Below are positions 9,886-19,548 of a stretch of DNA of 64,000 bases, one piece after another (the stretch's first letter is position 1; every line of letters begins with the position of its first letter). The stretch comes from Candidatus Woesearchaeota archaeon (GTDB lineage Archaea; Nanobdellota; Nanobdellia; Pacearchaeales; GW2011-AR1), in the NCBI GenBank assembly GCA_964573625.1, contig CAZNJU010000001.1, positions 256,661 through 320,660 of the forward strand. The letters are read 5' to 3'. The notes beneath the pieces are model-generated. The model was not told the origin of the DNA and did not search any database. It worked only from the letters and a program-made list of their open reading frames with translations. A program made the translations under genes and the position numbers.

Positions 9886-10386
9886 TTATTTCTTAACAAG
9901 AAGCCAGCTAATAACTGCGGTCACCACTATCAATATAATCGCACCCACAACAGGGCCAGAATAGAGCCAGTCAGTAAATAAATTGCCTTCATATCCTACA
10001 CCTGGAAGGTAAGGATAAATTACGTCTGAAAAGACTACAATCGCTGAGATGAAAAAGATAAGTACGAGCATGATAACTGCCGCAACCCCTATATTTTCCT
10101 GAAACTTATTAGGCACTTTTCCAGCAAATGAAACAATAAGTAACATAAAGAAAAGAGATATGAACAAAACAGCAAACCATGGCGTCACAACCTCAACATA
10201 TCTTCGAGCTCCCGCCGCGGAAATGAATAGCGTCGCAATAACAAAAGAGACAAAAATTATCATCCATTTATTATCTCCTAGTACTTTAGTCTTTAACAGA
10301 ACAAGAGAGATAACAAGGAATACCAGAAAGAAAGCAATAATTGGAGCAAAATAGGAAAAATAAGTCACAGAAACTTCAGCAACCAT
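9886..10386 (-). CDS. small polytopic membrane protein, paralog family (1 of 3 in tandem)
   Basis: Four or five predicted TM helices. It shares the N-terminal FLLVFxVIxxxLxKTxxLG pattern with the two following genes. Confidence 0.45.
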   Translation of the reverse strand: MVAEVSVTYFSYFAPIIAFFLVFLVISLVLLKTKVLGDNKWMIIFVSFVIATLFISAAGARRYVEVVTPWFAVLFISLFFMLLIVSFAGKVPNKFQENIGVAAVIMLVLIFFISAIVVFSDVIYPYLPGVGYEGNLFTDWLYSGPVVGAIILIVVTAVISWLLVKK

Positions 10387-10388
10387 AA

Positions 10389-10967
10389 TTAATCTTCCGG
10401 CCTAACAGCAAGGAATTGAGTACCATGCTCTGCACGTCGTTTAGCCTTCTCATCAGCACTGTCTGGTTTGAGTAAAAGTGGTGCAATAATCAGCACAAGA
10501 ATTACCACAAAAATAATAGTTGTCCAGTTGTCCTGCCACCAAGAGGAGCCAAACCAGTCGAATTGATTCAAAGTTACAACTGCAATGATAATCGCGACTC
10601 CCAAACCGCCCCACATAAGAGTGTTACTAAAATTAGAAAAATTACCCTTTGTAATGAACAAGCCCATAAGAATTACTACCATGACTACAATAGCAATACC
10701 TATTCCAAAGTTAGGAAATACTGTTGTGAAAAACTGACTAACAATAGGTGCTCGAATAGCCAACAAAGCAATAGCTACTGAGATAATCACATTGATCCCT
10801 CGATTCCCACCCAAGACACGTGTAGAACTCAAAATACCAAAAACTACTGCAAAAATAAGCAAAGCAGGAAGGAAAAAATCAAAGATGCCTGCGTTCTCCC
10901 ATTGAAAATAAAGCTGTTGCAAGGATAACGTCTCTAAAAAGACAGAATGTAGCAGAGTACTTATCAT
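10389..10967 (-). CDS. small polytopic membrane protein, paralog family (2 of 3)
   Basis: Similar topology and N-terminal motif (LLIFAVVFGILSSTRVLGGNRG). Confidence 0.45.
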   Translation of the reverse strand: MISTLLHSVFLETLSLQQLYFQWENAGIFDFFLPALLIFAVVFGILSSTRVLGGNRGINVIISVAIALLAIRAPIVSQFFTTVFPNFGIGIAIVVMVVILMGLFITKGNFSNFSNTLMWGGLGVAIIIAVVTLNQFDWFGSSWWQDNWTTIIFVVILVLIIAPLLLKPDSADEKAKRRAEHGTQFLAVRPED

Positions 10968-11011
10968 AAGTTAAAATACAATAAACCCATTTAAATATGT
11001 TTCTCTAAGTT

Positions 11012-11518
11012 TTACTTTTTCTCAGCCGGTTTATCTGAGCCACTACTCATGGCAACATACAAAACCACAACAACAAGACCTACAAAAATGATATTTGTAA
11101 CAAGGGTACTATTATCACTTGAACTATACCACCAATCATAAATATAGCTCCAAGTTCCGGTAGCTACCAGTAAAGTTAAGACAACACCAAGTGCTGCCAA
11201 CACACCAATGGCAATCATAACTCGTGAATGCATTTTAAAGGATCCTGCTCCAAAAGACATCCCATATAGAATCATAAACACTAAGATAGCTACGACTGAG
11301 ATAGCCAGGAAGGGAATCAATGAAGTTATGATATTAGTAGCGTAACCAAAAGAAACAACAAGCAGTCCAATAACGAGCGCGACAATAGCATCTATTTGCT
11401 TTTTACCTTTCCCAAGAATCTCAGTCTTCTGAAGAATTGCAAAGATAACTACAAACACTAGCAAGAAAGGTAAGATAACCTCAGTAAACAGAGGGCTTGA
11501 AAGAATAGTCTGTACCAT
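11012..11518 (-). CDS. small polytopic membrane protein, paralog family (3 of 3)
   Basis: N-terminal motif FLLVFVVIFAILQKTEILGKGKK, with the same length and topology as the neighbours. Confidence 0.45.
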   Translation of the reverse strand: MVQTILSSPLFTEVILPFLLVFVVIFAILQKTEILGKGKKQIDAIVALVIGLLVVSFGYATNIITSLIPFLAISVVAILVFMILYGMSFGAGSFKMHSRVMIAIGVLAALGVVLTLLVATGTWSYIYDWWYSSSDNSTLVTNIIFVGLVVVVLYVAMSSGSDKPAEKK

Positions 11519-11561
11519 AATTAAAAAAGAGGTTAGATGTATTTAAAACTTTGCTGAAAAA

Positions 11562-11879
11562 TCAGTTAGAGGACAAATCAGCAGTATCAGAACCTGCAGG
11601 AACATCAATAGACGCTTCCTCTCGAACAGGCAAAGAAGCCTTATTGACAATGAATATGTCTCCAATAGATTTTACGAACTGGTGTGGAATAATAACTCCT
11701 CGAGCACCACCAAGAACACTCATGAAACCTCCACCAACGCGAATCTTCCATCCATCAATCTTATTGTCAACAAGGTTAACCTCTTCAATCTGACCAAAGT
11801 AATCGCCATCAGAGGTATAAACGTGCTTGCTCACCATTCCAGTCAATTTTTGAATACGTAACATGGCAAGAAAGTGCAT
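11562..11879 (-). CDS. PRC-barrel domain protein
   Basis: Reads VYTSDGDYFGQIEEVNLVDNKIDGWKIRVGGGFMSVLG, typical of PRC-barrel proteins. The start codon is uncertain. Confidence 0.45.
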   Translation of the reverse strand: MHFLAMLRIQKLTGMVSKHVYTSDGDYFGQIEEVNLVDNKIDGWKIRVGGGFMSVLGGARGVIIPHQFVKSIGDIFIVNKASLPVREEASIDVPAGSDTADLSSN

Positions 11880-11978
11880 CAGTCCCTATTTATAGTTTAC
11901 GTTTGTTGAGAATATATATTACAGATGTGAAAACAAGTTTACACAAATCTTTATATAAAGTTCGCCTCTCGTAAAAGA

Positions 11979-12623
11979 ATGAAAAAGCAAGAAATAATTT
12001 CGATTCTAGCAGCCGTTCTAGTATTTAGTATAGTATTGAGCTTTAGACAAATCGTGTTAGGAAACATCCTTTATGTCGGAACAGTGATTATTTTTTCAGT
12101 TATTGTAATATTCATAAACATTGGCGCGAAAAAATTGGCTGCCCGTTCTCTAGATTCAGACGTAGAGCACGATTTTTGGTATTGGCAAAGATACGGCCTA
12201 AAACCAGGAGACTACATGAAGAAGAAAATACCAGCAGGAGTTGCACTTCCTCTTATCCTTACCGCGATTTCATTAGGGTTCCTAAAGTGTATGACTTTTC
12301 TTACATATGAAACAACTGCTTTAAGACGCAGAGCGGTGAGAAGATTTGGATTTTACAGTTTTACAGAAATGACTGATTGGCACAACGCACTTATTGGTGC
12401 AGGCGGAATCATTGCCCTTCTGGCTCTCTCATTCATAACGTATTGGTCTCCATTTGTATTACTAGAAGGTCTCTGGAAGGTTAGTGCCTTTTACGCATTC
12501 TGGAATATGCTTCCTGTTTCAAGATTCGATGGAGCCCAGATTTTCTTCGGCTCTCGTGTTCTCTGGACAGCTCTTGCCCTTATAACTGCAGTATTTACTG
12601 CATATGCACTTATTCTAGTATAG
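11979..12623 (+). CDS. polytopic membrane protein, function unknown
   Basis: Six hydrophobic segments and no recognisable catalytic motif. Confidence 0.35.
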   Translation: MKKQEIISILAAVLVFSIVLSFRQIVLGNILYVGTVIIFSVIVIFINIGAKKLAARSLDSDVEHDFWYWQRYGLKPGDYMKKKIPAGVALPLILTAISLGFLKCMTFLTYETTALRRRAVRRFGFYSFTEMTDWHNALIGAGGIIALLALSFITYWSPFVLLEGLWKVSAFYAFWNMLPVSRFDGAQIFFGSRVLWTALALITAVFTAYALILV

Positions 12624-12657
12624 ATAAAGCCATAAACCCCTACGACATTCACAAGAA

Positions 12658-14184
12658 ATGATATCTATCGAGCCTAGAAAATACCAACAAGCCATCGTAG
12701 ACACTGCAAAAGAAGCTAATACTCTGGTAGTTCTTCCTACAGGAGTAGGTAAAACATTAATTGCGCTACTATTGGCGATACATCGTCTCGAAAAGTACGC
12801 TCCAAGCAAAGTACTTATGCTCGCACCCACGCGCCCGTTAGTTGAACAACACTTAGCTTCATTCAAAAAACAACTACCTGAATTGTTTGCAGAACTCAAC
12901 ATATTTACTGGAGAAATTCCTGCCTCAACAAGAAAAAAGCTTTGGGAAGAATCGGATATAATATTTTCAACTCCGCAATGCATCGCAAACGACCTTCAGA
13001 AAAGTCTCTATAGTTTGAGTGAAGTCTCTCTCTTGGTAATGGACGAGGCGCATAGGTGCCTTAAGAACTATGACTATACTAAAGTAGTGGATTATTATAA
13101 GAGACAGGCGGAAAACGAGAGAATTCTAGGCCTTACGGCTTCACCAGGTTCAGAGCATGAAACCATCCAGCAAATTTGCAATCACCTAAATATAAAAGAA
13201 GTTGAAGTGCGTTCACGCGAGTCGGAAGATGTCAAACCCTATTTACAAGAACTTGATTTTAAAAAAATAGAAGTTGAATTTCCAAAGGAATTTATCGAAA
13301 TTCGTGTTTTGTTAAAAAAAATATATGATAGCCTTACCTTTCAACTCAAGTCACGTAATTTGCTGTTTGGACCCGCGAATAAAATCACCCTTCTAAAACT
13401 ACAGAATAATCTTGCGCGGCAGGCTTCAAGCGGCAACGGAAATGCCATGTATGGCATGTCTCTTTGTGCACAAGCAATAAAGATTTCGCATGCGCTTGAG
13501 CTCTTAGAAACACAGACCGTTTCAGGGTTAAGGATCTATTTGCAAGGACTTATGAAACAAGCGGAAGAGCAAAAAAGCAGAGGAGTGCAAAGGCTCGTTA
13601 AAATGCCTGAATTTAACGCTGCATATCTTTCTCTTACCCAATTAGTAGCTAAAAAAACCGAGCACCCAAAGATAGAAACAGTCAGGAACATAATTGCTGA
13701 GCAAATGGCTGAAAAAGAAAACGCGAAATCGATAATCTTTACACAGTTCAGAGAAACTGCCTCTGTTCTAGTCAATACGCTAAATGAATTACCAGGTATT
13801 AAAGCTGCAATGTTCATAGGTCAAGCTAAAAAAGGAACAACGGGTTTATCTCAAAAAGAACAGCGAGAGATACTTGTTAAATTTACTTCTGGAGAAATAA
13901 ATACGCTTGTTGCAACATCTATAGGTGAAGAGGGACTAGATATCCCTGAAGTAAGTATGGTAATTTTTTATGAGCCCATACCGAGTGCAATACGAAAAAT
14001 ACAGCGTGCAGGAAGAACAGCGCGTCTTGCACCAGGAAGATTAATGATTTTAGTAACTAAAGATACTCGCGATGAGATACATCATTACGCTTCTGCTGCT
14101 CGTGAAAAACGCATGTATAAAGTCCTTGATGCTGTAAAGAAGGAACTTAAAAACAAACCGAAAACCTTAAAAGAATTTACATGA
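12658..14184 (+). CDS. hef: Hef/FANCM-type DEAH-box helicase (helicase part of Hef)
   Basis: Motif I LPTGVGKT, motif II MDEAHRC and motif VI QRAGRTAR. The N-terminal MISIEPRKYQ is the typical Hef start. The gene ends with ATGA overlapping the nuclease gene. Confidence 0.75.
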   Translation: MISIEPRKYQQAIVDTAKEANTLVVLPTGVGKTLIALLLAIHRLEKYAPSKVLMLAPTRPLVEQHLASFKKQLPELFAELNIFTGEIPASTRKKLWEESDIIFSTPQCIANDLQKSLYSLSEVSLLVMDEAHRCLKNYDYTKVVDYYKRQAENERILGLTASPGSEHETIQQICNHLNIKEVEVRSRESEDVKPYLQELDFKKIEVEFPKEFIEIRVLLKKIYDSLTFQLKSRNLLFGPANKITLLKLQNNLARQASSGNGNAMYGMSLCAQAIKISHALELLETQTVSGLRIYLQGLMKQAEEQKSRGVQRLVKMPEFNAAYLSLTQLVAKKTEHPKIETVRNIIAEQMAEKENAKSIIFTQFRETASVLVNTLNELPGIKAAMFIGQAKKGTTGLSQKEQREILVKFTSGEINTLVATSIGEEGLDIPEVSMVIFYEPIPSAIRKIQRAGRTARLAPGRLMILVTKDTRDEIHHYASAAREKRMYKVLDAVKKELKNKPKTLKEFT

Positions 14185-14843
14185 CTTTTTTTAACATATT
14201 CTCAGATAAGCCTATCAAAAGTAAAAGGAAAACTGTAATAATTGCCGATAACCGAGAGAAAAATTCATTAGTAATCTCTGAATTAATCAAGTTAAAATGT
14301 GATGTAAGCTTTAATCAGCTACCCGTTGGAGATTATTTAATCAATAAACATGTAATTGAAAGAAAAACCATCAATGATTTAAAAAGTTCTATTATAGACA
14401 AACGAATTATAACTCAGATCAAGGGATTAAAACAGGCTACTAGCCCAATTCTAATAATTGAAGGTGTTAACGATGAAATGTATCAAGGTATTATTCATGA
14501 AAATGCCTTTAGAGGATTTATTATTTCGCTCGTAACGAATCACAAGATCCCATTAGTTTATACTTTGGGGCCTGAAGACACTGCAAAGTATCTTGTCCGT
14601 TTAGATAACGGTGGCTCGATAAGTGCAAATTCATTACGTTTTGCCCGCCCTATGATGAGCCCTCAAGAACAAATGAGATTTATTATGGAAGGGTTTCCAG
14701 GCATAGGCCCCGCAACTTCAAAAAAACTGTTTGAGCAATTTGGAACAATTCAAGAAATAATGAATGCTCCTGAAGAATCTTTAAGAAAAAGTATAGGAGA
14801 AAAAGCTTCTATAATCTTAGAATTAAGATCAAAAAACTACTAA
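14181..14843 (+). CDS. XPF/ERCC4-family nuclease with C-terminal (HhH)2 (nuclease part of Hef)
   Basis: ERCC4 signature VGDYLINKHVIERKTINDL (GDx(n)ERKx3D) and a C-terminal HhH FPGIGPATSKKLFEQFGTIQEIM. Confidence 0.75.
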   Translation: MTFFNIFSDKPIKSKRKTVIIADNREKNSLVISELIKLKCDVSFNQLPVGDYLINKHVIERKTINDLKSSIIDKRIITQIKGLKQATSPILIIEGVNDEMYQGIIHENAFRGFIISLVTNHKIPLVYTLGPEDTAKYLVRLDNGGSISANSLRFARPMMSPQEQMRFIMEGFPGIGPATSKKLFEQFGTIQEIMNAPEESLRKSIGEKASIILELRSKNY

Positions 14844-15139
14844 GTTAAAATTCGTATACGTAATGCTCGAATTTCCATTTTACCATTATATTCATCGATT
14901 ATGCCTTTAACTAATATATTTTTACCACGGTAAGATTGGGTACATTCGCACAAAACACTTGTCCCATTAAGAGTAATGGTGTGATAATTTCCACGAACGC
15001 TCTCTTCAGTAACTGTTCCAGCGATGTAGATTACTTGTTTTAGATAATTGGAGTCTGTATCTGTTTGCAAGGGATGATTCATAAGAAAAATTAGAACAAA
15101 AATTCCTATCAGAGCTATTCCTAAACTGATTGCGCGCAC
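14840..15139 (-). CDS. small membrane-anchored protein with OB-fold-like domain
   Basis: An N-terminal TM helix followed by a ~70-aa beta-rich segment (GTVTEESVRGNYHTITLNG...ILVKGIIDEYNGKMEI). Confidence 0.3.
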   Translation of the reverse strand: MRAISLGIALIGIFVLIFLMNHPLQTDTDSNYLKQVIYIAGTVTEESVRGNYHTITLNGTSVLCECTQSYRGKNILVKGIIDEYNGKMEIRALRIRILT

Positions 15140-15152
15140 ATTTCTAAACGGG

Positions 15153-15182
15153 AAAGGTTTAAATTAACCTTTCGGTTAAAGG
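15153..15182 (+). promoter_or_regulatory. two overlapping palindromes containing TATA-like TTTAAATTA upstream of tyrS
   Basis: AAAGGTTtaaattAACCTTT spans 15153-15172 and CCTTTcggttAAAGG spans 15168-15182. Both lie in the divergent intergenic region 5 nt before the tyrS ATG. Confidence 0.35.
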
Positions 15183-15186
15183 AGAT

Positions 15187-16146
15187 ATGGATTTGCAAGA
15201 GAAGCTAAAGTTAGCTAAAGAGAATACCGAGGAAATAGTTACCGAAGAAGAACTACTTGAATTGTTCAAAAGAAAAAAAATTCCTATTGTGTATTGCGGA
15301 TATGAGCCTAATGGACCAATGCATCTGGGCCATATGGTCACAATTACAAAATTAATGATGCTTGAACAAGCCGGATGTAAAATAAAAATCCTATTGGCAG
15401 ATGTTCATGCACTTCTTAATAGAAAGGGCTCTGAAAAAGAAATCGCTCGTGAAGTCGATCAATGGAAAAAAACCATTAAAGCACTGGGCATGAAGGCTGA
15501 AATTGTTAAAGGAAGTGATTTCCAATTCGAGAAAGAATATCAGATTGACGTCATGAACCTTGCTCAAAAGGCGACTATCAATCGAGGAATTAAAAGTATG
15601 CAGGAAATCGCGAGAGATGCTGAAAATGCTACGATATCTCAATTATGGTATCCGCTCATGCAAGTTGCAGATATAAAAGCATTAAAGGTAGATATCGCAG
15701 TAGGTGGAATGGAACAAAGAAAAGTTCATATGATTGGAAAAGATCAATCGGCTACCCTAAATCATCAATTTGTGGCAATACATACACCATTAATAACCTC
15801 TCTCAAGGGTCCGGGAAGCAAAATGTCTAAATCTATACCTGGTTCGGGGATTTCAGTAGTAGATACTCAAGAGGAGATAAGAAAGGCTATTAACGAAGCC
15901 TACTGCCCTATTAAAATAATAGAAGATAATCCGGTTATCCAATTAGTACAATATATAATTTTTCCAAGAATAAAAAAAATAGATATCTTACGTCCTGCAA
16001 AATTTGGAGGAAATGTTTCATTCGAAAATATTCAAAAATTGAAAGAGAGCTATTCTGCAGGAGAGCTACATCCAGCTGATCTTAAGACTGCCGTAATAGA
16101 AAATCTTGAAAAGATAATTGCTCCGATAAGGAAAAAAATAAATTAA
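15187..16146 (+). CDS. tyrS: tyrosyl-tRNA synthetase (archaeal type)
   Basis: HIGH-like PNGPMHLGH and KMSKS. The sequence is colinear with archaeal TyrRS at about 320 aa. Confidence 0.85.
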   Translation: MDLQEKLKLAKENTEEIVTEEELLELFKRKKIPIVYCGYEPNGPMHLGHMVTITKLMMLEQAGCKIKILLADVHALLNRKGSEKEIAREVDQWKKTIKALGMKAEIVKGSDFQFEKEYQIDVMNLAQKATINRGIKSMQEIARDAENATISQLWYPLMQVADIKALKVDIAVGGMEQRKVHMIGKDQSATLNHQFVAIHTPLITSLKGPGSKMSKSIPGSGISVVDTQEEIRKAINEAYCPIKIIEDNPVIQLVQYIIFPRIKKIDILRPAKFGGNVSFENIQKLKESYSAGELHPADLKTAVIENLEKIIAPIRKKIN

Positions 16147-17048
16147 CTAGTCTGGAACTCTACAACATCTCTATCCTTCAAAGAGTGTCCAAGGCCCACC
16201 TTCTGATTCATGAATTTAGCACTTGGGCCAGTAACCTTTGTCTCTCGCACTCGAGAAGAGAACCCTTTCAGAATAGATTCTGCAACATCTCGAACAGTGC
16301 TCCCAATAGGGAGAACTACTGGAAAAGGACTAGGCTTCTTTCCAGGTTCTTTAGTATAAACTCGAATTACTTTCATACCTTTGAAAATATGTTCTTTGAG
16401 AACATTTAGACCGTCTTTCGTAACTGCAGATGTAAGGATATACGGAAGTCGTTTTGATTTGCAGCGCTCTTCTAACTTTCTCCGGCCGTTAGAATCAAGC
16501 AAATCTATTTTTGAAAGCACAACAAGCCGATTGCCTACGGATCGCGTTAAAACTTTTTCTATTTCGGGAAGATCTTCTATTTTTTCTATAACTTCTAAAA
16601 TACAGTCAGCAGTATTAACGAGGCCTATATCAAAATATGAATTTCCTAAGCTAGGTAAATCGACAATTTGGGCCTTAACTCCTTCATAGTCCATAGTGCC
16701 TAGTTCTGGTTGTTGAGTAGTATATGGAAACGTAGATATCGCTGGGCGTGCATTGGTAAGTGCTGCAAGAAGAGAAGACTTTCCAGAGTTAGGCTTGCCA
16801 ACGAGAGCCACCTGATATCCCTCTTTTTTGATTCCGGCCTTACCTTTACCCGTTTTTTTGCTCTTTTCTTTTTTTTCAAGAAACTTCTTAAGTCGCGTTT
16901 TAAGCTCTGCGAGCAGATTCTCGCTTCCCTTGTGCTTGGGCGCCGTTTTAATCATCTCTTCAAGAGCCATAATTCGTTCATCGAGGGTTTGAGCTGCAGC
17001 ATATTTCTTCTCAGCGTTTACATATTCGTATCCTGCATTAATAGGCAT
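16143..17048 (-). CDS. DRG/Obg-family GTP-binding protein with C-terminal TGS domain
   Basis: G1 VGKPNSGKSS, G2 FPYTT and a TGS-like IRVYTKEPGKKPSPFPVVLPIGSTVRDVAESI. The G3 and G4 motifs look degenerate (DLPS and SKID). Confidence 0.65.
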   Translation of the reverse strand: MPINAGYEYVNAEKKYAAAQTLDERIMALEEMIKTAPKHKGSENLLAELKTRLKKFLEKKEKSKKTGKGKAGIKKEGYQVALVGKPNSGKSSLLAALTNARPAISTFPYTTQQPELGTMDYEGVKAQIVDLPSLGNSYFDIGLVNTADCILEVIEKIEDLPEIEKVLTRSVGNRLVVLSKIDLLDSNGRRKLEERCKSKRLPYILTSAVTKDGLNVLKEHIFKGMKVIRVYTKEPGKKPSPFPVVLPIGSTVRDVAESILKGFSSRVRETKVTGPSAKFMNQKVGLGHSLKDRDVVEFQTS

Positions 17049-17098
17049 GTATCTAGAGATAAGAGATAGTTTATAAATTTCAGGAATTTGAAACCATA

Positions 17099-18292
17099 AT
17101 GAAGTTCATAAAAAAGAAGCTGAAAAATGGCATGACTGTGCTGTTCGAACAGAGGGAGCTTCCAGTAGTGTCTATAGGCATAGCGAATCCCTTCGGAGCA
17201 GCTTTTGAAGAGTCAAAGATAAAGGGGATTGCCCATTTCATTGAACATCTGGTTTTTACCGGAACTAAAACGAGGAATCATGAAGACATCTCTCGAGAAA
17301 TAGAGAAGAGAGGGGGCGTGTTGAATGCCTACACTGCAAACGAAGTAACCTGTTTTCTATTCAAGTTGCCTTCGGAACATTTGTTTGCAGGCCTGGATAT
17401 TTTACAAGATATTATGCAGAATCCTCTATTTAACAAAGACAAATTCGAAAAAGAAAAAAAAGTCATATTAGAAGAAATCAAAATGTATCATGATAATCCG
17501 CAAACATATGTTTTTGAAAAGATAGTTAACAATTTATATCGCGCTCCCTTTGGTGAGGGGGTAATCGGATCTGAAAAAACAATCAAAAGCCTAGAGAGAG
17601 ACTTTGTATATGACTACTATTCTAAAAATTATGATCCTCGAAATTATATTATAACAATTGTAGGAAAGGCAGACATCAAGAAAGTATGTGAATATTTAGA
17701 AAAAACCTTCAAGCCAGTAAATAATAAGAAAAATGCAGAGCCGTTAATAGAAAAAATAAATAGAGAGACTATTGAAGAACGGGAAGGAATTGATCAAGCA
17801 CATTTTCTCTTTGCAATGCATGCCCCATTGCCCAGTGATAAGGCGATGTATGCCTTAGAGGTTCTTGACGCCTATTTAGCAAACGGGATGTCTTCACACT
17901 TATTTCTCACTATCCGAGAAGAAAGAGGTCTTGCTTACAGCATACGTAGTTCAATCAATGCCGAGAAAAGACACGCATATTATACGATTTATGTGGGAAC
18001 TAGAAAAGAAGTAGTAAATGAGGTACGTGAATTAATCATTGAAGGTTTCAAAAAAATGGAAAAAATAACTGAGGCACAAGTTAAAGAAGCAAAAGAAAAG
18101 CTAATAGGCTTAAGAAAAATCTCTAAAGAAGAGAGTCTTTCTGTTATGAATGAATTATTGTCTGCTGAGCTGGTAGGCAACGTGGAAGATTATTATGCTC
18201 ACGAAAAAAAGATTAAGGAAGTTAAAATAGAAGATGTACGTAAGATCGCTAAATTGAGTTCGTTCAGCACTGCTTCAGTTATCCCAAAATAA
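17099..18292 (+). CDS. M16-family (pitrilysin-like) zinc peptidase
   Basis: Inverted zinc motif HFIEH (HxxEH) near the N-terminus. The 397-aa length matches single-chain M16B proteins. Confidence 0.65.
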   Translation: MKFIKKKLKNGMTVLFEQRELPVVSIGIANPFGAAFEESKIKGIAHFIEHLVFTGTKTRNHEDISREIEKRGGVLNAYTANEVTCFLFKLPSEHLFAGLDILQDIMQNPLFNKDKFEKEKKVILEEIKMYHDNPQTYVFEKIVNNLYRAPFGEGVIGSEKTIKSLERDFVYDYYSKNYDPRNYIITIVGKADIKKVCEYLEKTFKPVNNKKNAEPLIEKINRETIEEREGIDQAHFLFAMHAPLPSDKAMYALEVLDAYLANGMSSHLFLTIREERGLAYSIRSSINAEKRHAYYTIYVGTRKEVVNEVRELIIEGFKKMEKITEAQVKEAKEKLIGLRKISKEESLSVMNELLSAELVGNVEDYYAHEKKIKEVKIEDVRKIAKLSSFSTASVIPK

Positions 18293-18348
18293 GATTTTTT
18301 GATAAAATACTCTCCTAGAATATATTAAGAAATAAAACATGAAGTGCT

Positions 18349-19548
18349 GTGCTTATTGAACTAGTCGGAGGAGTTATTGCTGGATTGATTGTTGGAACAA
18401 TAACGGGCCTTCTTCCAGGAATACACATAAATTTAATTGCTGCGTTTATTGTATCCTCTTCAGCAATTCTAGAAAAGATTAATCCTCTTTCACTTGTAGC
18501 ATTTATTGTTTCTCTAGCAATAACACATACTTCGTTAGATTTTATCCCTTCGGTTTACTTGGGGGCACCAACTGACGAAACTGCTCTTTCGGTTCTCCCT
18601 GGTCACGAACTATTAAAGGAAGGTAAAGGTCATGAGGCAGTAATTATCGCATTATACGGAACAGTAGCAGGAATACTGATTGGGGCAATACTTCTTCCCT
18701 TTTTCCTAAGGTATTCCAAAATTTTCCAACAAGCAATTACAAATATATTGCCATTTATTTTGATAGGAATTTCATTATATGTAATTTTACGTGAAGAGAA
18801 ACCAATAATGGCTGGAGTTATTTTTAGTCTTGCAGGCATATTAGGAATAGTTTCTCTGAATCAACCAATAAATGAACCGCTTCTCCCTTTACTAACCGGT
18901 TTATTTGGAACTTCTGGAATGATTTTAAGTCTAAAAAACAACAATAAGCTTCCTCCTCAAATAAGTACGCCGCTCAATGAAATAAAAATCTCTAGAAAAG
19001 AATTAATTTCTGTGTTAATAGCTGCAATAGTTGCAGCACCCATCGGATCTTTTTTACCTGCTCTAGGTTCAGGATATGCTGCGCTTATTGGAAGTGAAGT
19101 GAGGGAATTATCAAGAAAGGCATTTTTATTCCTCAACGGGCTACTTAATACGACTATTATGATGATGAGCTTTGTAATGATATTCACATTGAATAAAGCA
19201 AGGACTGGTGCTGCTGCAGCAATTAGTGAACTGCTCACTAAGATAAGCATAAGCGACTTGACGATTATGCTTATTATCAGTACAATTACAATACTGTGTG
19301 CATTTATCCTTGGAGTATACCTTTCTAAAGTGAGTGCCAAGTTCATATCTCAGGTTTCTTACCCGGTTATTTCTGGAATGATTATTATTTTCGTAACTTT
19401 GTTAGTGGTAATTCTATCGGGATTTATAGGAGCACTAGTTTTAATGACTGCGACATCACTAGGAATATTTACAGTACGATCAAATGTAAAAAGAACAACT
19501 CTTATGGGCTGTTTAATTGTTCCAACAATTATATATTATCTTATCTAA
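18349..19548 (+). CDS. polytopic membrane protein, TctA/DUF112-like
   Basis: About ten TM helices and repeated GxxxGxLPG(I) motifs typical of the TctA family. The assignment is tentative. Confidence 0.4.
   Translation: MLIELVGGVIAGLIVGTITGLLPGIHINLIAAFIVSSSAILEKINPLSLVAFIVSLAITHTSLDFIPSVYLGAPTDETALSVLPGHELLKEGKGHEAVIIALYGTVAGILIGAILLPFFLRYSKIFQQAITNILPFILIGISLYVILREEKPIMAGVIFSLAGILGIVSLNQPINEPLLPLLTGLFGTSGMILSLKNNNKLPPQISTPLNEIKISRKELISVLIAAIVAAPIGSFLPALGSGYAALIGSEVRELSRKAFLFLNGLLNTTIMMMSFVMIFTLNKARTGAAAAISELLTKISISDLTIMLIISTITILCAFILGVYLSKVSAKFISQVSYPVISGMIIIFVTLLVVILSGFIGALVLMTATSLGIFTVRSNVKRTTLMGCLIVPTIIYYLI

Noticed and set aside
14181-14192. Homopolymer frameshift fusing Hef helicase and nuclease
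   Set aside because: The T7 run lies downstream of the helicase stop codon, so slippage there cannot join the two frames.
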